From the IMG/VR virus record IMGVR_UViG_3300005573_000995, positions 1 to 64,000 of that record: 64,000 nucleotides of DNA; one strand, 5' to 3'. Source of the DNA: a virus. The notes beneath the pieces were generated by a model, which saw only the letters and a list, made by a program, of their open reading frames with translations, searched no databases and was not told the DNA's origin. The position numbers and the translations under genes are program-made. Shown in pieces: positions 18,877 through 29,744 of the stretch; positions within the stretch are counted from its first letter, which is position 1; each line of letters starts with the position of its first letter.

Positions 18877-19503
18877 ATGACAGAAAAAATATTTGCGGTA
18901 GATGTCGATAGCACTCTGGCTGATACTATGCCTCTCTGGGTTGATGAATACAACCGAAAGTTTGATGGCACAAAACCAAAGGTTTCGGTTCAAGATATCA
19001 AGAAGTGGAAGCTAAGCGAAATATTCGCTATAGACGAAAGAACAGTAACTATATTGTTTGGAAAAGCATGGAAAAGATGGAAAGAAGTTAAGCCTGTTGA
19101 TGAGTATGCAATACCTGTTCTCCAGGAATTCAAAAAAGTTCATAAGGAGTGGAAAATACACATTATAACGGCGCAAACAAAATTAACAATCCATAACGTC
19201 TTAAGATGGATTTACAAAAACAGAATACCTTTCGACTATTTTTCTTATCTGCCTGCCAGAAAAGGAACTCATTACAAAGAATTGATGCCCTTTCACGTAA
19301 TAATTGATGATAATCTAGAGACAGTTAGTCGTATCCACAAGACGATAGTGCGTAAGGCTCTTCTTTATTCCAGACCTTGGAATGAGATGCCCGACAACGA
19401 CTTTACGTATTATGGGCTAAGGGATATTCCGCGCATTAGAAAATGGAATGAAGTGCTTTTTCATCCTCTCTTTGAGGAGGTGGATAGATTACATGTCAAA
19501 TAG
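18877..19503 (+). CDS. HAD 5'(3')-deoxyribonucleotidase (NT5C-like)
   Basis: VDVDSTLAD, IIDD, RPWN. Confidence 0.85.
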   Translation: MTEKIFAVDVDSTLADTMPLWVDEYNRKFDGTKPKVSVQDIKKWKLSEIFAIDERTVTILFGKAWKRWKEVKPVDEYAIPVLQEFKKVHKEWKIHIITAQTKLTIHNVLRWIYKNRIPFDYFSYLPARKGTHYKELMPFHVIIDDNLETVSRIHKTIVRKALLYSRPWNEMPDNDFTYYGLRDIPRIRKWNEVLFHPLFEEVDRLHVK

Positions 19504-19864
19504 ACATGGACACCCTCGATATTATGAACTCCTCAAAGAGATTGAGGAAATTCATAATCAAAAGAATTCGGACTACTCCATGAGTGCCAGAGGTGGAGAC
19601 CCATTAAGCAATTTTAAGCGTAGCGAAGAACTTGGCGTTCTCCCTTGGGTTGGCTGTCTGATTCGACTTACTGACAAGTATAGCAGAGTCGTAGAGTTAT
19701 CAAGAAAAATCCAACAGAACCAGAATATAGCCGTAACCGATGAAAAATTCGAGGATACTTTAAAAGACTTGGCTAATTACGCATTAATCACGATTATTTT
19801 ATATGAAGAATGGAAAAAGAAGCAGACAGAAGAGATGGAAAATAAAGAAGGAGGTGAAAAGTAA
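19493..19864 (+). CDS. DUF1599/Nmad1-like all-alpha nucleotide-modification-associated protein
   Basis: KNSDY..DPLSNFK..IRLTDK.SR..DTLKDLANYA. Confidence 0.75.
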   Translation: MSNRHGHPRYYELLKEIEEIHNQKNSDYSMSARGGDPLSNFKRSEELGVLPWVGCLIRLTDKYSRVVELSRKIQQNQNIAVTDEKFEDTLKDLANYALITIILYEEWKKKQTEEMENKEGGEK

Positions 19865-20271
19865 TGAGTAAAAAGACTTTGATACCAGAGGATTATAATG
19901 ACAGTAGAGCTGACCCCTTCTTAGACGGTGAGAGAGAGTTATTGGCTCAGCGATGGAACTTACGCCCTTCATCTGCTCTACCAGTCAAGAGCTTTTATTT
20001 CAGAGCAATAGTTGGTGAAGAAAGACCTACTCCACCAATAAAAGTAATTATTGATTTGAATTTGGAAAGAACCTTTGAAGGCGTTGTTGCTTACATAGTG
20101 CGTGCCTTACGGATTGCAAATCCTAATCTGCCTCCTACTCCACCAACTAAAATGTTTGCCTTTTATGGATACGATATCAACGACAAACCAATTCATAGAC
20201 TCATCTATCAGCTAGAAAACTTTATACAGATAGAAAACGATTCAACAATAATGGTGGTATTCGATGGATAG
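19864..20271 (+). CDS. Hypothetical protein
   Basis: ORF with GGAGGTGA RBS. Confidence 0.7.
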   Translation: MSKKTLIPEDYNDSRADPFLDGERELLAQRWNLRPSSALPVKSFYFRAIVGEERPTPPIKVIIDLNLERTFEGVVAYIVRALRIANPNLPPTPPTKMFAFYGYDINDKPIHRLIYQLENFIQIENDSTIMVVFDG

Positions 20272-20602
20272 AGAAGACCTATTGGCCGTTATCGACAGCA
20301 AAGAAATCATAGACGGAGCCTTTAAGATACTCGATGAGAAGCGCTATGAGTTAATACAAGAGGATACAACAAGTGTCTATTATTTAGTTCGTGGAACACA
20401 ACTATACTTTGTGGCAATCCATAACGATGGGAAAACATTTTGTTCTTGTAAAGCAGGACAAGTTGGCAGGTTATGCAAACATAGAGTCGCAGGGGTCTTA
20501 GATATTGCGAAGCGAGGAGGAGATAGGCTAGGAATCGAACTGTTAGTAAAGATTATAAAGTGGTTCAAACAAGGAGAAAGCGATGGTGATAATGGCAGTT
20601 GA
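20264..20602 (+). CDS. SWIM zinc-finger protein
   Basis: CSC..G..CKH. Confidence 0.8.
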   Translation: MDREDLLAVIDSKEIIDGAFKILDEKRYELIQEDTTSVYYLVRGTQLYFVAIHNDGKTFCSCKAGQVGRLCKHRVAGVLDIAKRGGDRLGIELLVKIIKWFKQGESDGDNGS

Positions 20603-21504
20603 TAGAAATACCTAAAAACGTTCATCTTTTTAAGCCCATAACCCTTTGGGATACTCCGTTCCCATCCCTTAATGAATATACGCAGGGAGGATTTCCTGCA
20701 GGAGCCTTCGTGGCTATAATGGGGCCTCCAGCAGAAGGGAAAACCACATTAGAAATGTGCCTAGGCTTCAGAGTAGGTTCCAAATTCAAGAAAAACGTTT
20801 TACATATAAACACCGAAAAGCAAGGCACTCTCACCGCTCCGATGTGGGCTAGTCGTCTTACTGAACTCTATACTAAACAAAAGCTACCAATTCCTGAAGT
20901 TTATCTAGAAGAGACGGTGCAAGTTCATGATTTCTTTGCTCTACATGGCATAGAACTTGACAAAAGACTGGGAAATGTTGTTCAGCTTGAACTAAATTCT
21001 GTAAATCCTTTAAAAAGCAAGATGTATGATTACATAAACAATAAGAATGTGGGAATAATTATTTATGATAGCCTTACAACTCCTTTCAACACCCTTCTTA
21101 TTGGAGGACGTCAGAATCAACCAACTCGTCATACAGGAGAGGAATTATTCTTTGAAATAACTAGAATGCTCTTTACTGGAAAAGACCTAGCCTTAATGAC
21201 ATCCAATCATGTCAGTAGAGACGTAACGAAACCCTTTAGCACCGTAACGGATAGTCAAATCAAAGGAGGTAAGTCCATCTATCATAACCATGACTATATA
21301 CTCTATATAGAAGCAGTAAAAAGCAAATATGCTGTTGGGTATCATCGCCTTTATGTAGCAAGATTTCCCAATCGCCCACCTTGGCAATTTAAGCTCGACT
21401 TGATGCTAGATGAGAATGGCTATCGAGAAATTACTAAAGAAGAGTTAGCGCTTATTAAGGAAAAGACAAAAGAAGAAAAGAGTGTTGAGAGTAATGGAAA
21501 TTGA
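20599..21504 (+). CDS. RadA/RadB-like RecA-family ATPase
   Basis: GPPAEGKTT, INTE, IIYDSLT, SNHV, GG. Confidence 0.85.
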   Translation: MIEIPKNVHLFKPITLWDTPFPSLNEYTQGGFPAGAFVAIMGPPAEGKTTLEMCLGFRVGSKFKKNVLHINTEKQGTLTAPMWASRLTELYTKQKLPIPEVYLEETVQVHDFFALHGIELDKRLGNVVQLELNSVNPLKSKMYDYINNKNVGIIIYDSLTTPFNTLLIGGRQNQPTRHTGEELFFEITRMLFTGKDLALMTSNHVSRDVTKPFSTVTDSQIKGGKSIYHNHDYILYIEAVKSKYAVGYHRLYVARFPNRPPWQFKLDLMLDENGYREITKEELALIKEKTKEEKSVESNGN

Positions 21505-23221
21505 TAAGCTTTATGAGAAATATATCCATCCTACAAACAAATTCTTTTCAATATCACTCTGGTACGTTCATACTACGCCTTGCGTAGATGAAGACGAAAC
21601 TACATTCTTTAAGCAAGACTATTCTCTTTATGAAGCACGGGTATATCAGGCTTCTAATCCTATCCTTCTCTATGACAGTAATGGCATAATTAACAGTGGA
21701 ACAAATGAATATCCTATTAGACCTTTCTCCGACAATTTCGAGGAATTTGTAACTTGGTATGACCACTTATCTCTTGAAGAAAAGAAAGCCTTAGAAAGGC
21801 TTTTTAAGGCTTGGGGATATCATGTTGATAAGGAAAAGAAAATCAACATGTTACGCTTGCTAATTGGAAGAATGTTTGTGCCTCTTCCTCGTCTTAAGAA
21901 CCCAGATTTAATCGATGAACTAAATTGGAAAGAATTTGTAGAGGAGCTTATTTCTTATGGAAAGATAGAAAAGGATGAAAGAATAAAACTTATTCTTAAG
22001 ATGTTGCTAATGCGAGGAATTTACATGCGATATGAACCTCATACATTACTTGCTACAAATCCACATACGGGAAAGACAGAATTCTTAGAGAAAGTAGGAA
22101 AACGATTGGACAAAGTTAGAAAAGACAGTCTGATTGGATACGCAAAGAACAAAGACGAAATCTATCCAGGTCCAATCAATAATCAACGTTATACCTTTAC
22201 GATAGAGCAAATCGAATCTCAAAGTAGCCCCGAGGTAATAGGATTTCTTCTTACATTTCTTGAAACTGGTAGAATAAATTGGTCTCTCGGTGGAATAGAC
22301 TTTGAGGTTAAGGGCGTCTTTCCTCTAGTTATTACTGCTAACCCAACAGGATATTCGACCGACAGAATAGGAACTTTTCGCTCATTAATAGACCATTTGG
22401 GAAGCAATCTTCTAGCTATGGGAAGGCGCTTTGGCATAATTGTTTATGGAGATTCTTACAAACAGATACCACCTTCCAAATATGATGAGCAAGAGTGGAA
22501 GAAATACCACGAATTATATAAGGCGTTAGAGGAATATGCTTATCCCTCACTAAAGGAAATTTATAACCATGAGAAAATAAAGACATGGCTTAATAAAGCC
22601 ATTCCTTATTATTATGATACAATTCTAACTCTAATTGACAAAATTTATGATAGCGAAGTAAGAGACTTCATACGCACCCATAGTGAGAATAGCTATAGAC
22701 ATCTTCGAGGGGGAGCCTTAAAGTGCGCTCTAGTAGACCATTTACCCGAATTGATTTTTTCTCAGCAACTCAAGGAAAACATACCAGAAGCTCTGGTTAA
22801 TAAGATAATTGAAGACAGCGAGAACTATCTAAAGCAACTTATAGCAATTAACGTAGAAAGCGTAGGCAATATGACCCAGCTTCTAGAAAGCGAACAACAG
22901 GTTAGTAAAATAATCTATCAAAGTCTTCCTAATTACATTAAAGAAATAATTCTAACTGTCAAAAACTATAAGAAAATAACCAGAAAAGAGGACATTCCAC
23001 CTTCAATAAATCTGACAAACCTAGGAAGTGTAATGACAAAAAAATACTATAGCTACATAAGTGAAGTAATCAAAATGTTAGACAGAATACATGATATAAG
23101 CAAATATGGAAACTATCTAGATAAATACTTTGGATTCACTATAAGAGAGATGGGAGCAAACGATTATATAATCGAGTTCACAAACAAGGAGAAGGAGATT
23201 CAGATTGAGGACAGCAGTTGA
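21482..23221 (+). CDS. Divergent AAA+ P-loop ATPase, probable replicative helicase (MCM-like)
   Basis: PHTGKT Walker A, ITANP sensor 1, RRFG arginine finger; lies between RadA and primase. Confidence 0.55.
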   Translation: MLRVMEIDKLYEKYIHPTNKFFSISLWYVHTTPCVDEDETTFFKQDYSLYEARVYQASNPILLYDSNGIINSGTNEYPIRPFSDNFEEFVTWYDHLSLEEKKALERLFKAWGYHVDKEKKINMLRLLIGRMFVPLPRLKNPDLIDELNWKEFVEELISYGKIEKDERIKLILKMLLMRGIYMRYEPHTLLATNPHTGKTEFLEKVGKRLDKVRKDSLIGYAKNKDEIYPGPINNQRYTFTIEQIESQSSPEVIGFLLTFLETGRINWSLGGIDFEVKGVFPLVITANPTGYSTDRIGTFRSLIDHLGSNLLAMGRRFGIIVYGDSYKQIPPSKYDEQEWKKYHELYKALEEYAYPSLKEIYNHEKIKTWLNKAIPYYYDTILTLIDKIYDSEVRDFIRTHSENSYRHLRGGALKCALVDHLPELIFSQQLKENIPEALVNKIIEDSENYLKQLIAINVESVGNMTQLLESEQQVSKIIYQSLPNYIKEIILTVKNYKKITRKEDIPPSINLTNLGSVMTKKYYSYISEVIKMLDRIHDISKYGNYLDKYFGFTIREMGANDYIIEFTNKEKEIQIEDSS

Positions 23222-23323
23222 AATAATCGACGTATCTGTTCATATAATCCTTAGCGTAAGCTCTAGACTAATAAATAATAAAATAATGCTAACTAGCCTA
23301 GATAACACTAAAATTAGGAAATA

Positions 23324-23436
23324 TATGTCCAAAATGTCCAAGTCCATGAGACGAGAATGCACAAAAATATACACGTCAATTGCCGAATACTCCTCTCATG
23401 ACGAACCATTTGGACATTTTGGACATTTTGGACATA
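23324..23436. repeat. Inverted repeat of iterated TGTCCAAAA units; candidate replication origin
   Basis: TATGTCCAAAATGTCCAA (23324-41) versus TTGGACATTTTGGACATA (23419-36), plus extra units. Confidence 0.7.
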
Positions 23437-23472
23437 CCAAGTCGTCATTTACTATGAGACGGTGATAAAATC

Positions 23473-24495
23473 TTGTCGATGACACCTAAACTAGATAAAC
23501 AAGCGCTATTTAATGCTTGGAAAGAGCATTTAAGACCAAAACTGTCGATGGGACTGTTTCCTAGGGACTGGGGATTAAAAAGGTATCCTGCTGTAGAAAG
23601 TATGGAGGAATATCTAGCAAGAACTTATCAGACATATCTATCTGTTAATAGTTATGTGGGAATCTACAGTCATGCACAACATAAATTGCGGATTATAGAT
23701 ACCATTTTTGTCGATATAGACAGTTCTAATCATGGCTTTAATAAAAAAGAACTTGAAGACAATTATAGCAGATTGCTGGAGCTTAAGAAGAAATTTAGGA
23801 ATATGCGCCTTTACTTTAGTGGAAATGCTGGTTTTCATTGTTTCTTTGACTTTGATTGTGACCAGATTGACGCCTTTGATAAGGAAACCGTTATTAGATT
23901 GTTTAGGAATTACGGACTTAATGTTGATAGTGCCGTAATTCTCGACATAAAAAGAATTAGTCGAATTCCCTTTTCCCTTAACTTAAAGACTAGAAGATTC
24001 TGTATTCCAATTGATGATGGCGAGGACATAGACGTTGTTTTAGACCAATCCATTTCTCCAATAGCAAAGACAATAAGAGTAATCCCAGATAACATGGCAA
24101 AATTAGAGCTAATTAAAGAGGGATTTAAAGAGGAATTTAACTATTCTGCACCACAAGCTTCAAATGAAAATGGATATTCTTGGATTATCTCATTGCTTGA
24201 GCATCCAATAAAAGACGGCAGACATAGAGCATTATGGCTTATCATCGCTCCTTATCTGGTTAATGTCCTCAAAGTGTCTTCTCAAGAAGCTACCGATATT
24301 ATAAGAGATTATTTGGATAAATGCAACAAGTTATTTGAAACTGACGCTACATCTAAGTCTGAATATTATGTTAATTATGCATTAAGAACGGGCTTAAAGC
24401 CTCCCTCCCTTCAGACGCTAAGGCTCGCACATCAAGACCTATACGAAATACTAATTAAGGAGAAGATAATAGAAGGACGCATTGGGAGTGGATAA
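23473..24495 (+). CDS. Archaeo-eukaryotic primase (PriS catalytic domain fused to PriX/PriCT-like domain)
   Basis: DID, SGNAGFH, D.KRISRIP; C-terminal DGRHR..LIIAPYL. Confidence 0.85.
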   Translation: MSMTPKLDKQALFNAWKEHLRPKLSMGLFPRDWGLKRYPAVESMEEYLARTYQTYLSVNSYVGIYSHAQHKLRIIDTIFVDIDSSNHGFNKKELEDNYSRLLELKKKFRNMRLYFSGNAGFHCFFDFDCDQIDAFDKETVIRLFRNYGLNVDSAVILDIKRISRIPFSLNLKTRRFCIPIDDGEDIDVVLDQSISPIAKTIRVIPDNMAKLELIKEGFKEEFNYSAPQASNENGYSWIISLLEHPIKDGRHRALWLIIAPYLVNVLKVSSQEATDIIRDYLDKCNKLFETDATSKSEYYVNYALRTGLKPPSLQTLRLAHQDLYEILIKEKIIEGRIGSG

Positions 24496-24498
24496 TAG

Positions 24499-27400
24499 AT
24501 GCATACGGCTTGGTATAGTGTTGAAAATGGGAAGCTCTGGATTTATGTTGTTAATAATAATGGCATAAGTAGAATAGAAGCTCCTGAAAGACCATACTTT
24601 TTTGTAACAGAAGAAGCTTTGGAAGACCTTTTAGGAAGAGGGAAAAACATTTGTCCTAACCTTAGGGTTATACCAGAAGAGAAGTTACGTACTATCGATA
24701 CTTTAGAACGTGTCTTTCGCGTTGAGGTTGATTATCCTTTTCAAGTCTCTCAGTTAAGAGATATCTTTTCCTCACACAGGTTTTATGAGGCCGATATTCC
24801 TTATATACGTCGATGGGCAATAGACTATGATATTCACGTTTCTCCAGACTATAATAAGCTATACTGGGATATTGAGGTTTGGGATAAAGATAGCATCAAA
24901 CCAGACTCTTCATTAGACCCCATAATTAGTATAGCTGCTGTAGACTCTCAAGGTAAAGAGTTCTTCTTTGTTGGAGACTATTCAACAAAAGAGAGAGCAA
25001 TCTACTCTGAAAGAACTATATTGAAGCAGTTTATTGATTTGATTGAGCAATATAACTATTCTTTAGGAATAAGCTGGTTTGGTGATATCTTCGACCATCC
25101 CCATTTTCTTAATCGCCTAAAAGTTCACAAAATACCTTTTCAAAAAGCACGCTTTAGAATGCTTGACTTAGTTATTCCGTTAGAATATGCAGAAAAGGAG
25201 ACTTATGCTAGCTATTCGTTGGAATATGTGTCCCAAAAGGTTTTGGGACGAGGAAAGAAGCATAAAAGCACAACTGGTCATGTATGGGATATGTCTCCTT
25301 CGGACTTAAAGGAATACAATCTCGAAGATTGTCGTTTATTAAGAGAAATCGATAGAGCAAAAGGAGGATTATCTGATTTAGTAATAGAATTAGCACGGGA
25401 ATCTTATGTCTTTCCTGATGAGGTATTATATAAAAGACCTTTTGATAGCCCTACTGCTTCTGCACCTGTCGATTCTCTAATCCTTAAAGAAGCTCGTTTA
25501 CACAATTATGTCCTTCCCTGTAAGCCCAAAGAAATTAATAAAGAAGAGGGGCATAAATATAAGGGTGCTATCGTCAAGCAACCAGATGGTGAAATGTGTA
25601 ATAACATTTTAGTATGCGATTTTGAATCATTATATCCAAATATAATAGTTCACTGGAATATTTCTCCCGACCCAGAAGGTATAGTAATACCAAACATTTT
25701 GAAGAAGCTCTTTGAAAAGAAAAGAGGAGCAAAAGGAAATCCCATTAAATACTGGACATACAAGACGCTGATGAATACCGTTTATGGAGTATTTGGCTCT
25801 CCTTATTTCCGTCTTTACAAGAAGGAATTGGCAGCAAAGATTACTGAAAAAGAAAGAGAGCTAATCCAAACACTAATTAATATTGTAGAGAACAATATGG
25901 ATTTGAAAGTCGTGTATGGCGACAGCGTATTATCTGGTACTCCCTTACTTTGTAAAACAGATGATAAAATAACAATTAAAAGAATAGACGATGTAAAAGA
26001 AGGCGATTATGTAATAGATGAAAATGGATGGACTAGAGTAAAGAAAGTAATTAGAAAAGAAGTAGAGAAAAGAATGTTTAGAGTAGAAACGTGGACTGGA
26101 GTAGTAGTTGTTACAGAAGACCATAGCCTTATAAATAAAGATGGTAAGGAAGTTAGTGCAAAAAATGTTAGGGTTAATGATTTGTTGGGAAGTCCTTTGT
26201 ATTGCTTTGAAAAAACAAAAGATATGACTATGGATGAAGCTTGGTTATTAGGCTATTTCGTTGCTGACGGGACAGCTAAGGAATACAAGTGGTATTTAAA
26301 GAAGAGACCTTCCTCTATTAGAGGTATGAGACAACTTAAAAAGACAAAAATCAACGGATGGAAAACAAGTAGAACTAATGTTAATATAAGTGGGCAAAAT
26401 AAAGAGTTATTGATAAGGGCAAAGAATATATTAGAAGAAATTGGGTTTAAATCTAAAATATATGCTCACAAATCTAATAGAACAAAAGGAGGTATGGTTT
26501 ATACTTTACAAATTTTGTCACCAAAGAAAAGCGGGGCTTTAGAATACTTTAAGAGATGTTATTATAATGATTTGAAAACTATTCCAGATGACATTTTGTC
26601 CTCTTCACCTGAAGTTGCTAAGAGTTTTATAGAGGGCTATCTGGCAGGAGATGGGAGTAATAAAAACAAAGAACATATTTGGAAAGCTACAGATGTAGAG
26701 CAAGTTATTTATGGATTAACTCTGCTAGCAAGGAAAGCCAATTTAAAGTTTCGCTATCTTTCTTATATTGGACAACGCGGAAAGAGAAAGTATCTTAGGG
26801 AGATAAGATTTGTGAAAGATAGGATGGACAAAAGATTAAGCGATGATAACGCAATAAGAAAGATAGAAGACCTAGGAGTTAAGAGTTGCGTAGTATACGA
26901 TTTAGAAACTGATAGTCATCATTTTGAAGCAGGAGGCGTCTTATTGCATAACACAGACAGTATTTTCATAGAGTTGCCAGACGTTGATATATCTAAAATA
27001 GATTTAGTAGGAAAAAACGTAGTTAAGGCGATAACTGAAGGTCTTGACCAGATTTATTCAACAAAGGAAAAGAAATTCTCAATAAATCTTGTTCCTCAAA
27101 AGTTCTATGAGAAGCTAATGTTCGTTAAGAAGGCGACAGGAGAGCGAATGGCAAAGAAGAAATATGCGGGAATTGTAAAATGGGATGAAAAGAAAGGGTT
27201 TTATGAATATATAGATATCGTAGGATTAGAAAGTGTGAAATCAGATACTCCTCCCTTTATTAAAGAAATTCAAGAAGCTAGTGTAAAACTCAAACTCTAT
27301 GGCATGAATGAAGAATTAAAGAATTACGTTGATGAGATAAAGAGACGGCTATATGCCAGAGAAATAGACTCTCAGCTTATTATATCCAAAGGGGTAAACA

Positions 27401-27690
27401 AGAGGCTAGAAGATTATAAAGCAGTGCAGAAGGGACAGAAGCCACCACCTCATGTCCGTGCCCTTCAAAAGGCAATTAAAGAGAACAAATGGAATGAACA
27501 GAACTACAAAATTCAATATATTATGAGAAAAAATGATATAGTAGAACCCATATTTTCGCCAAACGATATTCCCCAAGACATCGATTATGACTATTACTGG
27601 AACAACTATATAGTGCCAATATTAGAAAGGACATGCGGTATCTCATTTAACCACATTAACAATACTACTCTTGAGGGTTGGGCAGAATGA
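24499..27690 (+). CDS. polB: Family B DNA polymerase with intein
   Basis: DIE, YNLED, DFESLYP, KTLMNTVYG, YGD|intein|TDS, KKKYAG. Confidence 0.96.
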   Translation: MHTAWYSVENGKLWIYVVNNNGISRIEAPERPYFFVTEEALEDLLGRGKNICPNLRVIPEEKLRTIDTLERVFRVEVDYPFQVSQLRDIFSSHRFYEADIPYIRRWAIDYDIHVSPDYNKLYWDIEVWDKDSIKPDSSLDPIISIAAVDSQGKEFFFVGDYSTKERAIYSERTILKQFIDLIEQYNYSLGISWFGDIFDHPHFLNRLKVHKIPFQKARFRMLDLVIPLEYAEKETYASYSLEYVSQKVLGRGKKHKSTTGHVWDMSPSDLKEYNLEDCRLLREIDRAKGGLSDLVIELARESYVFPDEVLYKRPFDSPTASAPVDSLILKEARLHNYVLPCKPKEINKEEGHKYKGAIVKQPDGEMCNNILVCDFESLYPNIIVHWNISPDPEGIVIPNILKKLFEKKRGAKGNPIKYWTYKTLMNTVYGVFGSPYFRLYKKELAAKITEKERELIQTLINIVENNMDLKVVYGDSVLSGTPLLCKTDDKITIKRIDDVKEGDYVIDENGWTRVKKVIRKEVEKRMFRVETWTGVVVVTEDHSLINKDGKEVSAKNVRVNDLLGSPLYCFEKTKDMTMDEAWLLGYFVADGTAKEYKWYLKKRPSSIRGMRQLKKTKINGWKTSRTNVNISGQNKELLIRAKNILEEIGFKSKIYAHKSNRTKGGMVYTLQILSPKKSGALEYFKRCYYNDLKTIPDDILSSSPEVAKSFIEGYLAGDGSNKNKEHIWKATDVEQVIYGLTLLARKANLKFRYLSYIGQRGKRKYLREIRFVKDRMDKRLSDDNAIRKIEDLGVKSCVVYDLETDSHHFEAGGVLLHNTDSIFIELPDVDISKIDLVGKNVVKAITEGLDQIYSTKEKKFSINLVPQKFYEKLMFVKKATGERMAKKKYAGIVKWDEKKGFYEYIDIVGLESVKSDTPPFIKEIQEASVKLKLYGMNEELKNYVDEIKRRLYAREIDSQLIISKGVNKRLEDYKAVQKGQKPPPHVRALQKAIKENKWNEQNYKIQYIMRKNDIVEPIFSPNDIPQDIDYDYYWNNYIVPILERTCGISFNHINNTTLEGWAE
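25924..26952 (+). mobile_element. Intein (343 aa) at PolB YGD/TDS site
   Basis: SVLSGTP..VTEDHS..LGYFVADG..YLAGDG..VYDLET..LHN|T. Confidence 0.95.
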
Positions 27691-28046
27691 GGTCATTCTT
27701 AAGCAAAGATTTGACAAACAACTTAACAAGTGGAATTATGACAGCCAAATCTGCTCAACCTGCACCAACCTTTGAACATGAAAAGTGTGTAAGATGTAAG
27801 GCATTAGGAGTTAATGTGCTTATAGACTTTCGTTTTTCGCAAAAATATTGTAGCTTTCATTATTGGTTATACGAACTTCCTCCACTCCTTAAGACATTTG
27901 GCATTAAATTTGACTGTAGCTTAAATGGATGGCACGAATGGATAGCCGATACATTTCTCACAACTAATTATTATAATGATATAGAACCCTATTCCCGTGG
28001 TCCTACACTTCCCCCTCTTAACATTATTTTAATGGAATTGCTCTGA
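27678..28046 (+). CDS. Zinc-finger paralog family member
   Basis: CVRCKALG..YCSFHYW..PP..LMELL. Confidence 0.65.
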   Translation: MGRMRSFLSKDLTNNLTSGIMTAKSAQPAPTFEHEKCVRCKALGVNVLIDFRFSQKYCSFHYWLYELPPLLKTFGIKFDCSLNGWHEWIADTFLTTNYYNDIEPYSRGPTLPPLNIILMELL

Positions 28047-28096
28047 CCTACTGTCTCTAAAGGTTTATATATAGCTACTTAGATACCTTTCCCTAG

Positions 28097-28975
28097 GTGT
28101 ATAGGATGCCAATCAACTATGAGATGTTGAAGGAAAAGTATAAGGTAACCGATAAGGAAATAGAAGACTATATCACTTCGCACAAGCTTAATGTGGCCAA
28201 CAACCCAAATCTACGTCTTATCGTCTATCTTTCTTCAAAAGGAATAACGTCGTTTGAAGAGCCACAATCTTCGCTCTACAAGAAAGTTAGCGAACTAACG
28301 AAGAAAGAAGAGCAATCTCCTTCATTTAAGGGAGAGAACGTAAGACTTAATGTCGTTGCCAAGCTTAAAGAAACAGCTTATATAGGATGTCCTTATTGTT
28401 GGAAAAGACTAGCAGATGCAACATTAGAAGATGAAGGCGAAGAGAAAATCTGTCGTAACGAAAAATGCAAATATTATGGTAAAGAAGTTACGGCTACTCT
28501 CCATTATTCTACTCGCTATTTAGCAGGTGATGAGACAGGAGAAGTAGTAATACAAGTTCCTCCCTTTATAAAGAACGTAGATATTCTGAACAAATGGATT
28601 GACGCATGGGGCAGGCTAGATGAAAGGGGAATCTTTAACCTTGCTAACTTCAAGATAGTCGAAGACTTGACAGAAGAGCAGAAAGAAGGAAAGAAAGAAT
28701 CTAAAAGTTCAAAATCTTCTCTACCTTCCAAACCTTCCACAAAGACATCGGAGACTTTAGCATCTAACGAAACTACAGTAGTTGTCGATGAAAAGATGTA
28801 TGAAGTTGCTGTCAAGCAATTTACTAGAGTTCTTCGCCTTTACGGAGGTAGCTGGGCAGAGACAGAAGCTAAAGAATGGCTAAAGGGGAGATACGAGAAC
28901 TTAGATTCAGATGAAATTCTAAAAAGAGCAAATGTAACTATTGCTGACGGCGTTATCCAACTTAAGGAGGAGTAG
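28097..28975 (+). CDS. RPA-like OB-fold ssDNA-binding protein with zinc finger
   Basis: YIGCPYCWK..C...C, GDETGE; replication context. Confidence 0.7.
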   Translation: MYRMPINYEMLKEKYKVTDKEIEDYITSHKLNVANNPNLRLIVYLSSKGITSFEEPQSSLYKKVSELTKKEEQSPSFKGENVRLNVVAKLKETAYIGCPYCWKRLADATLEDEGEEKICRNEKCKYYGKEVTATLHYSTRYLAGDETGEVVIQVPPFIKNVDILNKWIDAWGRLDERGIFNLANFKIVEDLTEEQKEGKKESKSSKSSLPSKPSTKTSETLASNETTVVVDEKMYEVAVKQFTRVLRLYGGSWAETEAKEWLKGRYENLDSDEILKRANVTIADGVIQLKEE

Positions 28976-28978
28976 AAA

Positions 28979-29740
28979 ATGACTTTTGAAGCAATTACTA
29001 CTCCCAAAGTCTGGGAAATCCTGTTTGATGTAGCTCCACTTTGGGAAGAGGAGATAACGTTTGATATAGCTTCAGAAGGAATAACTTTCGGCGTCATGGA
29101 CCCAAGCCATGTGGCGATGATAAAAGCAAAGATAGACAAAAGCGCTTTTGCTAGCTATAAGGTAGATACTCCTCAAAAGATTTCGGTATTAGCTAATGAG
29201 ATTTCCTCTCTCCTTAAGAAGTTTCCTTCTGATAGTGCTGTCAAATTCTTTCTGGACGATGAGAAGAAATTAAGAATTGAAGTGCTATCTGATATTGAGC
29301 GACATTATGAGTTTCATACGATAGACAATCCTGAGACTCCTGATACTCCAAAGATAACTACTGTTTATACCAATTCTTTGATTTGTTCTCCCCAATTTCT
29401 CCACAACTTAATTGACGGAATTGTCCCAGTTTCTCCTACCATCACTTTTGAAATAGACGAAAAGACATTTACAGTCTGGGCTAAAGGAGAAAGTGGTAAA
29501 AGCAAAGCTATACTTAGACAGAGAGATACAACAGAAGACTCTGCTTTTGAAATTAAAGCGACATCCTCAGCAAAAAGCACATACGATAGTTCTTATATTC
29601 TCAAACTGCTAAATATAGCGAAGAAGAATGCCCAGGAGGTTAAGCTTGATTTTGAGACAAATGCTCCATTACGTTTAACTCTTTCCTATGACAACGCAAG
29701 TGTAACTATGTATCTAGCCCCAATAAGGGGAGAAGATTAG
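28979..29740 (+). CDS. pcn: PCNA sliding clamp
   Basis: MDPSHVAM, PLRL, YLAP; about 250 aa. Confidence 0.92.
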   Translation: MTFEAITTPKVWEILFDVAPLWEEEITFDIASEGITFGVMDPSHVAMIKAKIDKSAFASYKVDTPQKISVLANEISSLLKKFPSDSAVKFFLDDEKKLRIEVLSDIERHYEFHTIDNPETPDTPKITTVYTNSLICSPQFLHNLIDGIVPVSPTITFEIDEKTFTVWAKGESGKSKAILRQRDTTEDSAFEIKATSSAKSTYDSSYILKLLNIAKKNAQEVKLDFETNAPLRLTLSYDNASVTMYLAPIRGED

Positions 29741-29744
29741 AGCC

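Noticed and set aside
23205-23465. 86-aa ORF
   Set aside because: It is a translation of the inverted repeats (MSKMSK, FGHFGH); likely non-coding
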